A DNA stretch of 64,000 bases from an uncultured bacterium (GTDB lineage Bacteria > Desulfobacterota_D > UBA1144): contig CAJWZJ010000001.1 in NCBI GenBank assembly GCA_913050245.1, positions 50,859-114,858 on the forward strand. The letters run 5' to 3'. Within the stretch, counting starts at the first letter, position 1. Each line of letters begins with the position of its first letter. Below are positions 32,136 to 42,047 of the stretch, one piece after another. Below the pieces are notes generated by a model. It had not been told where the DNA came from, did not search any database, and saw only the letters and a program-made list of their open reading frames with translations. A program made the position numbers and the translations under genes.

Positions 32136-33446
32136 TTATTCCTCAACTTCCTCCTGTTCACTTTCTCCATCATTATCTATTTCTATATTCCTGAGCCTAT
32201 CTTTTAAAGCATTTCTTGCAGCCAACTGAATCTTACCTATATCCTCTTCGCTTGTTATTCCTGATGACTTAGAAATTGATTCTATTTCTCCAAAAGCTAT
32301 ATCCTCTAAAGTGTGAAAACCGCCAGCAAATAAGAGGTTTGCATTGACTTCAGAAATATTTGGTAAAGTTAAAAGTAACTTTACAACAGACTGTTGTTCT
32401 TCTTTCAGTTGTATGTCTGTCTTAACTGTAATCTCCCACTGAGTTAATTCGGATGCCAATCTTACATTCTGCCCTCTTCTCCCAATACACAGAGAATATT
32501 GATCTTCGTCAACAATAACCTCCATAATTTTGGATGATTCATCGAGAATAACTTTATTAACCCTTGCCGGTGATAATGCATTACATGAAAATCTTGCAGG
32601 ATCAGGAGACCAGGGAACAATATCAATCTTTTCTCCTTTTAATTCTTGAATTATGTTTTGAACTCTGGAGCCTCTCATGCCTACACATGCACCAACAGCA
32701 TCAATGTCAGAATCACCAGAAGATACTGCAATTTTGGTTCGACCACCTGGATCCCTTGAAATACCCATAATTTCTACAATTCCTTCATTGATTTCGGGCA
32801 CTTCAGATTTAAATAATGATTCAACAAAATTTTTATGTGCTCTTGATAAAACAAGCTGAGTTCCTCTTTTATCTTCCTCAATTCTCAAAAGAACTGCCCT
32901 TAGTCTATCTTTGGGTTGAAAATATTCACGAGGCACTTGTTCTTCATAAGGAATGATTGCTTCAGTTCTACCAATATCAACAATTATCGCACCTCTGACC
33001 ATCCTTCTTACAATACCGTTTACTAATTCACCTTGTCGTGTTTTAAATTCTTCAAAAATTACTTTTGCTTCTGCTTCTTTAATTTTCTGAATTATTTTTT
33101 GGCGAGCATTCTGTATAGCAATCCTGGAGTATTTAGGATTCAATTTAATTCCAATTTCTTCATCTATCTGGACTTCAGGGTCAAGCTCTTTGGCTTCTTT
33201 AATAGATATTTCCATGTCCTCATCAAATACATCTTCAACTACTTTTTTAAACTCAAAAAGTTCAATCTCATTAAATTCATTAAACTGACATTCTAAATCT
33301 TTATAAGATGGATCAGTTTTCATAAGCTTGTGTGCTGCAGCAACTACAGACTCATTAACAGCATCTAATATTATTTCTTTTTCTATTCCTTTATCTTTCG
33401 ATACAGAATCAATAACTCTAGCTAATTCATTAAATTCATTTACCAT
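32136..33446 (-). CDS. nusA: Transcription factor NusA
   Basis: EVPEI, RDPGGRTKIAV, GACVGMRGSR and IGRRGQNVRLA motifs. Confidence 0.97.
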   Translation of the reverse strand: MVNEFNELARVIDSVSKDKGIEKEIILDAVNESVVAAAHKLMKTDPSYKDLECQFNEFNEIELFEFKKVVEDVFDEDMEISIKEAKELDPEVQIDEEIGIKLNPKYSRIAIQNARQKIIQKIKEAEAKVIFEEFKTRQGELVNGIVRRMVRGAIIVDIGRTEAIIPYEEQVPREYFQPKDRLRAVLLRIEEDKRGTQLVLSRAHKNFVESLFKSEVPEINEGIVEIMGISRDPGGRTKIAVSSGDSDIDAVGACVGMRGSRVQNIIQELKGEKIDIVPWSPDPARFSCNALSPARVNKVILDESSKIMEVIVDEDQYSLCIGRRGQNVRLASELTQWEITVKTDIQLKEEQQSVVKLLLTLPNISEVNANLLFAGGFHTLEDIAFGEIESISKSSGITSEEDIGKIQLAARNALKDRLRNIEIDNDGESEQEEVEE

Positions 33447-33454
33447 TTCATCCT

Positions 33455-33898
33455 CTACATATTTAAGTTTGCTTTTTGAATATCTGACAAACTAATTTCA
33501 TATAATTTTCCGCTATCATTAACCATTACAGACTTATTATTAATATCTTCAAGCATTCCACTGAAGACACTTTTTCCATCTTCCGAGGTTAATGAAACAA
33601 TCTTAACTTTTTTACCTTTATACCTCTCAAAATCATTTTGTGTTTTTAAAGGCCTTTTTGGACCTGGAGACGAAACCTCTAGCGTATATTCGTTTTCAAA
33701 AAAATTATCAACTTCAGGAAACTGATTAACTAAGTTATTTACATTTATACAGTCATCAATTGTAACATTACCGCAATTATCAATATAAATAATCATTTTA
33801 TCTACCTTCTTTGATTGAACTATTTCCAACTCTACCAGCTCATATCCAGCATTTATACAAATTGAAGAAATAATCTCTTCTAATTTAATTCTATCCAT
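33455..33898 (-). CDS. rimP: Ribosome maturation factor RimP
   Basis: VTIDDC and YTLEVSSPG..RPL motifs. Confidence 0.95.
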   Translation of the reverse strand: MDRIKLEEIISSICINAGYELVELEIVQSKKVDKMIIYIDNCGNVTIDDCINVNNLVNQFPEVDNFFENEYTLEVSSPGPKRPLKTQNDFERYKGKKVKIVSLTSEDGKSVFSGMLEDINNKSVMVNDSGKLYEISLSDIQKANLNM

Positions 33899-33907
33899 TC
33901 CTTCATA

Positions 33908-33943
33908 CCCAAATAATAAAGAAGCGGGGCATGCCCCGCTTCT
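33908..33943 (-). terminator. GC-rich hairpin plus U-rich tail in the rimP leader (terminator/attenuator)
   Basis: Perfect 24-nt palindrome AGAAGCGGGGCATGCCCCGCTTCT (33920-33943) followed on the minus strand by TTATTATTT. Confidence 0.8.
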
Positions 33944-33974
33944 CTAACATTAAAATAATAACATTAGTAAATCA

Positions 33975-35972
33975 CTATTCAATCTTAGATAGAAAGGAAA
34001 GTTCAAGTTTTTTTAGCTTTTTAATCTGATCTCTTAATGATGCCGCCTCTTCAAACTTTAAATTATTAGATAATTCTTTCATTTGAAGTCTTAGTTCATC
34101 AATTTTGCCGCCAATCTCATGAGGTTGAATTTTCAAATCATTTAAAAAGTTATCTTCATTAATATCAAGTTTATATATGGTATTCATATTAAGGTCCACT
34201 TTTTTAGTTATAGATTTTGGAACGATATTATTTATTTTATTGTAATAAAGTTGCATATCTCTCCTTCTATTGCTTTCCTTAATAGCTTTATCCATTGAAT
34301 TTGTTATTTGATCGGCATACATTATAACTCTCCCTTTTATATTTCTTGCAGCACGACCAAAAATTTGTATTAAAGATGATTCAGATCTTAGATAACCTTC
34401 CTTATCAGCATCCAAAATAGCAACAAGCGAAACCTCAGGTAGATCTAGACCTTCTCTCAAAAGATTTATGCCTACCAAAACATCAAATCTATCAGCTCTA
34501 AAATTTTTAATTATCTCAATTCTTTCAAGTGTTTTAATTTCAGAATGCATATATTCTACACGTAAATCCTTTTCTTTATAAAATTCTGTTAGCTCTTCGG
34601 CCATACGCTTAGTTAGAGTTGTAACTAAAACTTTATCTCCATTCTTAACAGTTTCTTTTATTTCATTAAATAAATTATTAATCTGATTTTTTGAAGGTAA
34701 TACGTTTATTTCAGGATCAATTAATCCTGTTGGTCTAATTATTTGCTCCACAACTTCATTGCCAGATTTATCTAACTCGTACTTTGAGGGTGTAGCAGAA
34801 ACGTATATGATTTGATTAACTTTTTCCTCGAATTCTTTAATATTTAATGGTCTATTGTCTAAAGCAGATGGTAATCTGAATCCATGATCGACAAGAGTTT
34901 GTTTGCGAGATCTATCCCCTTCATACATTCCCCTAATTTGAGGGATTGTTTGGTGGCTCTCATCAATAATCATAAGAAAATCTTTAGGAAAGTAATCTAA
35001 TAAAGTATTTGGAGGCTGACCATACTTGCGTTGATCAAGGTGCATAGAATAATTCTCAATTCCAGGACAAAATCCCATAATCTCCATTAACTCCATATCT
35101 CTAAGAGTTCTTTCTTCTAACCTTTTACATTCATCGAGCTTGCCCATTTTTTTCAAATACTTTAATTGCTTTTTAAGCTCTTTCTCAATTGAGACAATAG
35201 CATGTTCAGTAGTTTTCTTTTCTACCACATAATGTGAGCTAGGAAAAATAACTGTTGAACTAACTTCTTCAATTATTTCAGTTGTATATAAGTCTATCAA
35301 AAAAATTTTGGCAATTTTATCATCGTCAAATTTTATCTTTAAGCCTATATCTTCCATATTTGATGGCATTATATCCACATAATTTCCTATAGCTCGAAAT
35401 GTTCCTCTTCTTAGGTCTATTCGAGTTCTTTCATATTGAACTTCTATAAGTTTTTTTAGGAATGAATCCCTATCTATAATGTCATTTACATTAATTTTGA
35501 TAATCATTTCGTAATATTCTTTAGGCGATCCAATTCCATAAATACACGATACGCTTGAAACGATTATGACATCTTTCTTATCAAATAAAGCACTTGTTGC
35601 AGAGTGCCTCAAATGATCAATATGCTCATTAATTTTAGAATCCTTCGCAATGTAGGTATTAGATGAGGGAATATATGCTTCAGGTTGATAGTAATCGTAA
35701 TAACTAACAAAATAGTGAACTTCATTATCAGGAAAAATTTCTTTAAACTCTTCGTATAATTGTGCAGCAAGAGTTTTATTGTGAGCCATTATTAAAGTTG
35801 GCTTAGATACTTTCTCTATAATATTTGCAATTGTAAAAGTCTTGCCGCTCCCAGTAACACCCAGTAAAGTTTGAGCTTTTTTACCAGAGTTAATATTACG
35901 AGAAAGCCTTTCGATAGATTTTGGCTGATCACCCTCTGGTTGATAGTCGACTTTTATTCTAAAATCACACAT
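33975..35972 (-). CDS. uvrB: Excinuclease ABC subunit B
   Basis: GVTGSGKT, YYDYYQPEAY, DESH and NLLREGLDLPEV motifs. Confidence 0.98.
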   Translation of the reverse strand: MCDFRIKVDYQPEGDQPKSIERLSRNINSGKKAQTLLGVTGSGKTFTIANIIEKVSKPTLIMAHNKTLAAQLYEEFKEIFPDNEVHYFVSYYDYYQPEAYIPSSNTYIAKDSKINEHIDHLRHSATSALFDKKDVIIVSSVSCIYGIGSPKEYYEMIIKINVNDIIDRDSFLKKLIEVQYERTRIDLRRGTFRAIGNYVDIMPSNMEDIGLKIKFDDDKIAKIFLIDLYTTEIIEEVSSTVIFPSSHYVVEKKTTEHAIVSIEKELKKQLKYLKKMGKLDECKRLEERTLRDMELMEIMGFCPGIENYSMHLDQRKYGQPPNTLLDYFPKDFLMIIDESHQTIPQIRGMYEGDRSRKQTLVDHGFRLPSALDNRPLNIKEFEEKVNQIIYVSATPSKYELDKSGNEVVEQIIRPTGLIDPEINVLPSKNQINNLFNEIKETVKNGDKVLVTTLTKRMAEELTEFYKEKDLRVEYMHSEIKTLERIEIIKNFRADRFDVLVGINLLREGLDLPEVSLVAILDADKEGYLRSESSLIQIFGRAARNIKGRVIMYADQITNSMDKAIKESNRRRDMQLYYNKINNIVPKSITKKVDLNMNTIYKLDINEDNFLNDLKIQPHEIGGKIDELRLQMKELSNNLKFEEAASLRDQIKKLKKLELSFLSKIE

Positions 35973-36037
35973 ATTACTATTGTAACGGAATTGTTAGGAA
36001 TTGACTTTTAACTTTCTTTTTGGTTTGCTTTGATACT

Positions 36038-37546
36038 ATGAAAAGCACTGTTTACTTAGTTGGCGCAGGACCTGGTGATCCAGGATTAATAACGATAAAA
36101 GGCCAAAAACTTATTTCAATTGCTGATGCAATTGTATTTGACTACCTATCTAATCCATTGTTGATGAAAAATGCAAAACCAAGTTGTATTAAAGTGAATG
36201 CAGGAAAAAGGTTGGGTTTTAAAACCATGACTCAAGATCAAATAAACAGAAAGTTAGTATCATTAGCAAAAAAAAATCTTAAAATAATAGTTAGGTTAAA
36301 AGGTGGTGATCCTTTACTTTTTGGAAGAGGTGGTGAGGAAGCAGAATATCTTAAAAAGAATAGAATCAAATTTGAAATTATTCCTGGTATAACTTCAGCA
36401 ATTGCTGTTCCTGCTTATGCAGGTATTCCAATAACCCATAGAGATAATACGAGCTCCTTAACAATAGTAACAGGTCATGAAGATCCAGATAAAGAATCTT
36501 CTTCTATAGATTGGGAATCACTATCAAAATCAAAATCAATAGTTTTTTTAATGGGTACTAAAAATTTAAAAAAAAATATTCAACAACTAATAAAATATGG
36601 AATGAGTGTAAAGACAAAAATAGCTGCTATACAATGGGGGACTTATCCAAAGCAAAAAACTGTAACTGGTAATTTTAAAAATATAATTGATAAAATTAAG
36701 ATTAATAAAATTAAATCTCCTTCGATTATTGTCATTGGTGAAGTTTGTAAATATAGAAATAAATTATCTTGGTTTGAAAAAAAACCTTTATTTGGTAAGA
36801 AAATAGTTGTTACTAGAGCAAGGAAAAATTCAAGCAGTTTAACAGAGAGGATTTTTGATAATGGTGGTGAATCAATAGAGATACCTACAATTGAAATCAA
36901 ACCTATAAAAAATAAAAAAAATAATAAAATAATAAAGAATACAAAAAATTTTGATTGGATTGTTTTTACTAGTGTTAATGGAGTTGATCAGTTTATGGAT
37001 AGATTTCTTGAAGAAAAGAAAGATATTAGAGAATTAGGGAAAATTAAAATTGCTGCGATTGGGAGCGAAACAGCAAGAAGTATTTCAAAGAGAGGATTAA
37101 GTGTTGACTTGGTTCCTAAAAAGTTTGTTGCAGAGTCACTTATTGATGAATTTAAAAAAAGAAGAATCAATAACACCAAAATTTTAATACCTAGAGCTAA
37201 AGGCTCTAGGAGAATATTAATTGATGGTTTATTAAAGTTAAAAAATGATGTAAAAGAAATATTTGTATATGAATCTTTAATTCCCAAGAAAAATATTAAG
37301 GAAGAGGTTAAAAAAAATATTATTAATAATAATATTTATGCGATAACTTTTACAAGTTCGTCAACTGTTGATAATTTTTTTAAATTCATAGATCCTAAAG
37401 TAATAAAAAAAGAGAGAAACATTAAATATTTTTGCATAGGACCAATCACAGCAAAAACTCTCATGTCATATGGGCTTAAGCCTTTCAGTATTGCATCTAA
37501 ATTTACAATTGAAAATCTTTTGCAGGATATTATTAAGTTGAAGTGA
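36038..37546 (+). CDS. cobA: Fused uroporphyrinogen-III C-methyltransferase / uroporphyrinogen-III synthase
   Basis: VGAGPGDPGLIT, RLKGGDP..FGRGGEE, then a HemD domain (VTRA, FTSVNGV, FTSSSTV, CIGPIT). Confidence 0.95.
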   Translation: MKSTVYLVGAGPGDPGLITIKGQKLISIADAIVFDYLSNPLLMKNAKPSCIKVNAGKRLGFKTMTQDQINRKLVSLAKKNLKIIVRLKGGDPLLFGRGGEEAEYLKKNRIKFEIIPGITSAIAVPAYAGIPITHRDNTSSLTIVTGHEDPDKESSSIDWESLSKSKSIVFLMGTKNLKKNIQQLIKYGMSVKTKIAAIQWGTYPKQKTVTGNFKNIIDKIKINKIKSPSIIVIGEVCKYRNKLSWFEKKPLFGKKIVVTRARKNSSSLTERIFDNGGESIEIPTIEIKPIKNKKNNKIIKNTKNFDWIVFTSVNGVDQFMDRFLEEKKDIRELGKIKIAAIGSETARSISKRGLSVDLVPKKFVAESLIDEFKKRRINNTKILIPRAKGSRRILIDGLLKLKNDVKEIFVYESLIPKKNIKEEVKKNIINNNIYAITFTSSSTVDNFFKFIDPKVIKKERNIKYFCIGPITAKTLMSYGLKPFSIASKFTIENLLQDIIKLK

Positions 37547-38256
37547 GAAGATTTTATTTAGAAGAAAAGATTGAATTAGAAAAAAAATTTTTTATTAAAA
37601 ATGATTTATTTAATCATGTAATAAATGTATTAAAATTTAAAAAGAACCAAAATATCGTTTTTTTTGATATTACCTCTAACAATTTCTTTTGTGAGATATT
37701 AAATGTTAATAAAACGAATGCAGAAGTTATTCCTTTATATAAAATACCCCAAAAAGTTCAAAGTAAAATTGAAATAAAGGTATATCAGTGTATTCCAAAA
37801 GGTAACATATTAAATGATATAATTGAGAAAGATGTAGAATTAGGAGTTACTGAGTTTACACCTATAATTTCTGAGAGAACCATAAAGAGAACAAAAGAAT
37901 TCAAAGAAAAATGGAATGAGATAATTAAAAACTCAACCCAACAATGTGGTAGGTCTAGACTAATGAAAATCAACACTCCAGTATATTTTAAAGATCTTTT
38001 TAAAAATGAATTTGATGGTGAGAAAATTATTTTTTATGAAAATGCAAATGAATTAATAAAATTAGATTTCTTTAATAAGAAAAAAAAGAACAGCGTACAT
38101 ATAATACTTGGCCCTGAAGGTGGATTTAGTTTAGATGAAGTGAATACTGCAAATTCTAACGGATTTAAATCTTACTCTCTGGGAAATAATGTTCTCAAAT
38201 GCCTTACTGCAAATATACTTGCTGTAGGATTTATTTATTTACTTAATTCTAAGTAG
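37543..38256 (+). CDS. rsmE: 16S rRNA m3U1498 methyltransferase
   Basis: HVINVL, ELGV, QQCGR and GPEGGFS motifs. Confidence 0.88.
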   Translation: MRRFYLEEKIELEKKFFIKNDLFNHVINVLKFKKNQNIVFFDITSNNFFCEILNVNKTNAEVIPLYKIPQKVQSKIEIKVYQCIPKGNILNDIIEKDVELGVTEFTPIISERTIKRTKEFKEKWNEIIKNSTQQCGRSRLMKINTPVYFKDLFKNEFDGEKIIFYENANELIKLDFFNKKKKNSVHIILGPEGGFSLDEVNTANSNGFKSYSLGNNVLKCLTANILAVGFIYLLNSK

Positions 38257-39492
38257 TTTTTTCTTATACAGATAGATAAGTATTAAAGTAACAACCAAAA
38301 TAAAGATAATAGTAATAAAAGACCTCTGAGATATAAGACTTTGAAAATCTTTATTAAATTCTAAATTTATCTCATCACCAATCTTTATAAAATCTATAGA
38401 ATATGTGACATATGATTGATCACTTAATTCTTTTATATCTGATTTAGATTTTGTAAATTCTAAACCTTCAATCAACATATTAATCTTATTTTCAGGAACT
38501 ATTATGGTAAGCGAATCAATATTATTATAGAAATTTTTTGTTAAATTAGCTCCTAAGAAATTTAGTTTTTTACTATATGTAAATACCACTCTCCTTTCTC
38601 CTGGAGGCAAAGGTATGGTCTCAATTATGGAATCATCGCTAACGATGAATGTTTCAAGTGATCGATGTGGAAATGATAAATCTTCAATATCTTTATATTT
38701 TGAGAATCTAAGAACTTTCCTTTGATCTTCAATAAGACTGTTATAACCAACATAGATATTTTTTGAAATATTATTGATATTGTATATCTCTGCAAAAAGT
38801 AAATTATTATTTGCCTCGTCATAACTTATAACCATATGTGAAGATTTTATTTCCACTACTTCTTTTTCTTGAGTTGAGTTATAAACGGTGAGATTAACAT
38901 CTTTAATATTTTCCTCTGGCATGTAATAGAATTTATCGGTTGAATATTCTATTCCATCATGAAGGATTTTAACTCTATATGCTATATTGCCTTTCAAATC
39001 TTTCAATTTAAAATATCCATCTTTAGTCTTAACATTTTTTTCACTTATTATTTTTTCAGCCATTACGGATTCTAATTTAATTTCATATTCTTCTTTACTA
39101 TCATCAGAAAAATTTCTGACTCTGCCTTCAAGTAAAACTGAAGAATTAGGTTTAATTTTATTTTTAAGAGAATCAATATAATCAATAATTCTTAGTGTTT
39201 CCGATGTTGACAAATTCATGTTTGGCATTGGTGGATAACCTTTATTTATAGGCCTACTTTCATATTTTTCATACAGCTTGTCAGTATTTGATATCCATTG
39301 TATTAAGTCTTGTTTCGAATATTTATTTCCAACTTTCCACAAGTCAGGTCCTACGAATTTCCCTCGTCCAATAACATGGCATGTTACACATCTTTTCTCA
39401 ACAAATAATTTTCTTCCCTCACTTGGATTTGCGAATGATTGATGTGAAACTACTAATAAAATTAGTAAAATAAATTTTAACAATTTAATCAT
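38239..39492 (-). CDS. Exported multidomain monoheme cytochrome c with C-terminal membrane anchor
   Basis: Signal peptide, CVTCH heme motif, VGPDL, PPMPNM distal Met, beta-rich region, C-terminal TM plus basic tail. Confidence 0.8.
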   Translation of the reverse strand: MIKLLKFILLILLVVSHQSFANPSEGRKLFVEKRCVTCHVIGRGKFVGPDLWKVGNKYSKQDLIQWISNTDKLYEKYESRPINKGYPPMPNMNLSTSETLRIIDYIDSLKNKIKPNSSVLLEGRVRNFSDDSKEEYEIKLESVMAEKIISEKNVKTKDGYFKLKDLKGNIAYRVKILHDGIEYSTDKFYYMPEENIKDVNLTVYNSTQEKEVVEIKSSHMVISYDEANNNLLFAEIYNINNISKNIYVGYNSLIEDQRKVLRFSKYKDIEDLSFPHRSLETFIVSDDSIIETIPLPPGERRVVFTYSKKLNFLGANLTKNFYNNIDSLTIIVPENKINMLIEGLEFTKSKSDIKELSDQSYVTYSIDFIKIGDEINLEFNKDFQSLISQRSFITIIFILVVTLILIYLYKKKLLRIK

Positions 39493-39601
39493 CTTTATAT
39501 TCCCAGTTGTACTCCTTAATCTTAGTTTTTTTAATAAACAATGGCTTTAGAGTGAAAAAAAATAACAACATTAGAATAAGAATAGGAAAAACTATTTCCA
39601 T
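39485..39601 (-). CDS. Small single-TM protein (38 aa), CcmI/CycH N-terminus-like (not in ORF track)
   Basis: MEIVFPILILMLLFFFTLKPLFIKKTKIKEYNWEYKDD*; strong AGGAGG SD; fills the gap between ccmF and the cytochrome gene and overlaps the cytochrome start. Confidence 0.7.
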   Translation of the reverse strand: MEIVFPILILMLLFFFTLKPLFIKKTKIKEYNWEYKDD

Positions 39602-39603
39602 AA

Positions 39604-41499
39604 TTAATTCCTCCTGACTAACAATAGAAAACCACCCAGAATTGAGATTAAACTTCCTATCCACAAAAAAGAGACGAGTGGGTTTATATAAAGTTTAAGG
39701 TTTAGGCTTCCCTCAAAATTTTTATCAACCAATATTAAATAATAATCTTTAATAAACGTTGATCTTATTGCTACCTCAGTTTCACGATTAATCTCTCTAT
39801 TGCCTTCATATTTATACAAATTTTGCTCTGGAAATAAATTAAATACTTTTTTTTGGTCGGTTAATGATATATTTGCACCAAGAATATTTTTTGCTTCAGT
39901 TTCTTTATCATAAATATAATTTAATTTTAGTAATAATTTGTCTACATAAACTTCATCGCCTTCATTTAAAGTTAAATCATATTTTTTTTCAAAGTTAGAT
40001 GAGAATGAAACACCCATGATCATAATGATTACACCAAAGTGAATTATGAAAGAACAATATCTTCTAAATTTTTCCTTAAAAAAATTATTTTTTAGTTTTA
40101 TGTCAATCATCAATTCTTTAATTATAGAAAAAAGTGGAAGCAAGCAAATCAAAAATACCATAGAGATTTTTATAGAATTAAATTGATAAAATATAAATAT
40201 AGATATCAGAGTTGATAGTAATAATGGAATTTTTAAATATTTAAGAACAGGTCTAATATTACCTCTTTCCCATGGAAGAAACGGGGCAAAGGTCATCAAT
40301 AAAATTAAAAGCAGTACATTAGGGAAATTTACTAAATCATAGAAACTTGGGCCAACCAGTATCCTTTTTCCTGTAAAAAACTCGGAGATTATTGGGAATA
40401 TAGTCCCAATCAATACTGTTATTGTAATTACTAAGAAGAGAATATTATTAAAAACAAAAAAGTTTTCTTTTGAAGACAAAGCCTTTATTTCTCTATCTGA
40501 CTCAATATATATTTTATTTTTGTAATATATCAATGATGAAAAAATAATTATTGAAAATATGAAAATCATAAAATAATCTCCAATACTTGATTGAGCAAAA
40601 GAGTGAACCGAGGATATTAATCCACTTCGTGTGATAAAAGTACCAAAAATTGTTAGAAAAAAAGCAAGAAATATTAGTAGCAGATTCCATCTTCGTAAAA
40701 CATTTTTTGATTCCTGAGCGTATGAAGAATGTATAAAGGCAGTTAAAAGAAGCCAGGGCATCAATGCAACATTCTCAACGGGATCCCATGCCCAATACCC
40801 TCCCCATCCAAGCTCTAAATATGCCCACCTTGAACCTAGAAGTAATCCTATTGATAAAAAAGTCCATGAAAAATATGTCCATTTTTTAGATTCTATTATC
40901 CATTTGTTTGATTTATCTTTTGAAATTATCGACGCAGTGGCAAAACAAAAAGGTATTGTAATACCTATGTATCCAAGATATAAAGATAATGGATGAATTG
41001 ACATATAAATATTCTGTAGAATAGGATTCAAACCTCTGCCATTATCAATAACTTGACTGTTAATTTCAAAAGGATTTTCAATGAAAGTTATTAAAAAAAT
41101 AAAAAAAGAAAGTGTAAAGGTTCCTGCAATTTTAGAAATTGGGATTAATTGATCTAAACTCTTTTTATTTTCTATAAAAATATAGATTGATAGAATCCAA
41201 GTCCAAAGTAAGAGCGATCCGGCTTGTCCAGCCCATAAGGATGTGGCCGAGAATATTGAATTTAAATCATTACTAACGTTTCTAGCAACATACAAATTTG
41301 TATAATCTTTTGTTATAAGTTGAAATTCGATTAAAACTATAGATACAGTCAGTAGAATAAGAACTGACAATAAAGATCTTTTTCCAATGCTAGAAAATAA
41401 ATTACTTCTCTTAAAAAAAGCTATAGTATAAAAAAAGAAAGATAATATTATGAATAAGAAGCTTAGGAAAATTACATTATCCCCAATTACATTAATCAA
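39604..41499 (-). CDS. ccmF: Heme lyase CcmF
   Basis: WAGQAGSLLLW, GLNPIL, HP, WGGYWAWDPVEN and SVHSF motifs. Confidence 0.97.
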   Translation of the reverse strand: MINVIGDNVIFLSFLFIILSFFFYTIAFFKRSNLFSSIGKRSLLSVLILLTVSIVLIEFQLITKDYTNLYVARNVSNDLNSIFSATSLWAGQAGSLLLWTWILSIYIFIENKKSLDQLIPISKIAGTFTLSFFIFLITFIENPFEINSQVIDNGRGLNPILQNIYMSIHPLSLYLGYIGITIPFCFATASIISKDKSNKWIIESKKWTYFSWTFLSIGLLLGSRWAYLELGWGGYWAWDPVENVALMPWLLLTAFIHSSYAQESKNVLRRWNLLLIFLAFFLTIFGTFITRSGLISSVHSFAQSSIGDYFMIFIFSIIIFSSLIYYKNKIYIESDREIKALSSKENFFVFNNILFLVITITVLIGTIFPIISEFFTGKRILVGPSFYDLVNFPNVLLLILLMTFAPFLPWERGNIRPVLKYLKIPLLLSTLISIFIFYQFNSIKISMVFLICLLPLFSIIKELMIDIKLKNNFFKEKFRRYCSFIIHFGVIIMIMGVSFSSNFEKKYDLTLNEGDEVYVDKLLLKLNYIYDKETEAKNILGANISLTDQKKVFNLFPEQNLYKYEGNREINRETEVAIRSTFIKDYYLILVDKNFEGSLNLKLYINPLVSFLWIGSLISILGGFLLLVRRN

Positions 41500-41900
41500 C
41501 TTTTCTCCTTTTCATAATCGGCATCTTCATATTTTGTTGGGCATTTTGCAAATAATTTTTCTGCTTTAAAAGTTGATCCGCGAAAGTCGCCCTCTACTAC
41601 AGCCTCTACACCGTCATCAAAGATATCTGGGATTATCCCTTTATATTCAACAATCATTGAGCTACCATCCTCCTCAATTACAAAAATAATGGAGCCATCC
41701 ATATTATTTATTATTGATCCTTCTTTTACTACTCCTAGGACGCGCAATTGTTTATATTTAGGAAAATTTCTATTCTTTTCTAAAACCTCATTGACGGTCA
41801 AATAATAGACTAACGACGAATCAACAGCTTTAAATATCAAAAAGCTAAAAAAAGCAATGATTACAAAAGCTAATACTCTTAATTTAATTTTTGGTCTCAT
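41496..41900 (-). CDS. ccmE: Heme chaperone CcmE, CxxxY variant
   Basis: YYLTV, YKGIIPDIF, VVEG and AKCPTKY motifs. Confidence 0.95.
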   Translation of the reverse strand: MRPKIKLRVLAFVIIAFFSFLIFKAVDSSLVYYLTVNEVLEKNRNFPKYKQLRVLGVVKEGSIINNMDGSIIFVIEEDGSSMIVEYKGIIPDIFDDGVEAVVEGDFRGSTFKAEKLFAKCPTKYEDADYEKEKS

Positions 41901-41907
41901 TTAAATA

Positions 41908-42027
41908 TTATTTGTCCTTAAGCTTATTTATTTTTCCATTTAAATAGAAGATATAAGCAAAAATAATAAGCCAGCAGGCAATTTGTGAATAAAATAGAAA
42001 TTTTAATGAATCAATAACTACTATCAT
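41908..42027 (-). CDS. ccmD: CcmD-family small membrane protein (not in ORF track)
   Basis: MIVVIDSLKFLFYSQIACWLIIFAYIFYLNGKINKLKDK*; lies between ccmC and ccmE; one TM with W....AY then a charged tail. Confidence 0.8.
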   Translation of the reverse strand: MIVVIDSLKFLFYSQIACWLIIFAYIFYLNGKINKLKDK

Positions 42028-42047
42028 AGTAATATTTTAACAATCAT

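Noticed and set aside
33920-33943. Palindrome as a CRISPR repeat, REP or MITE end
   Set aside because: Single copy in the window; position matches a rimP leader hairpin
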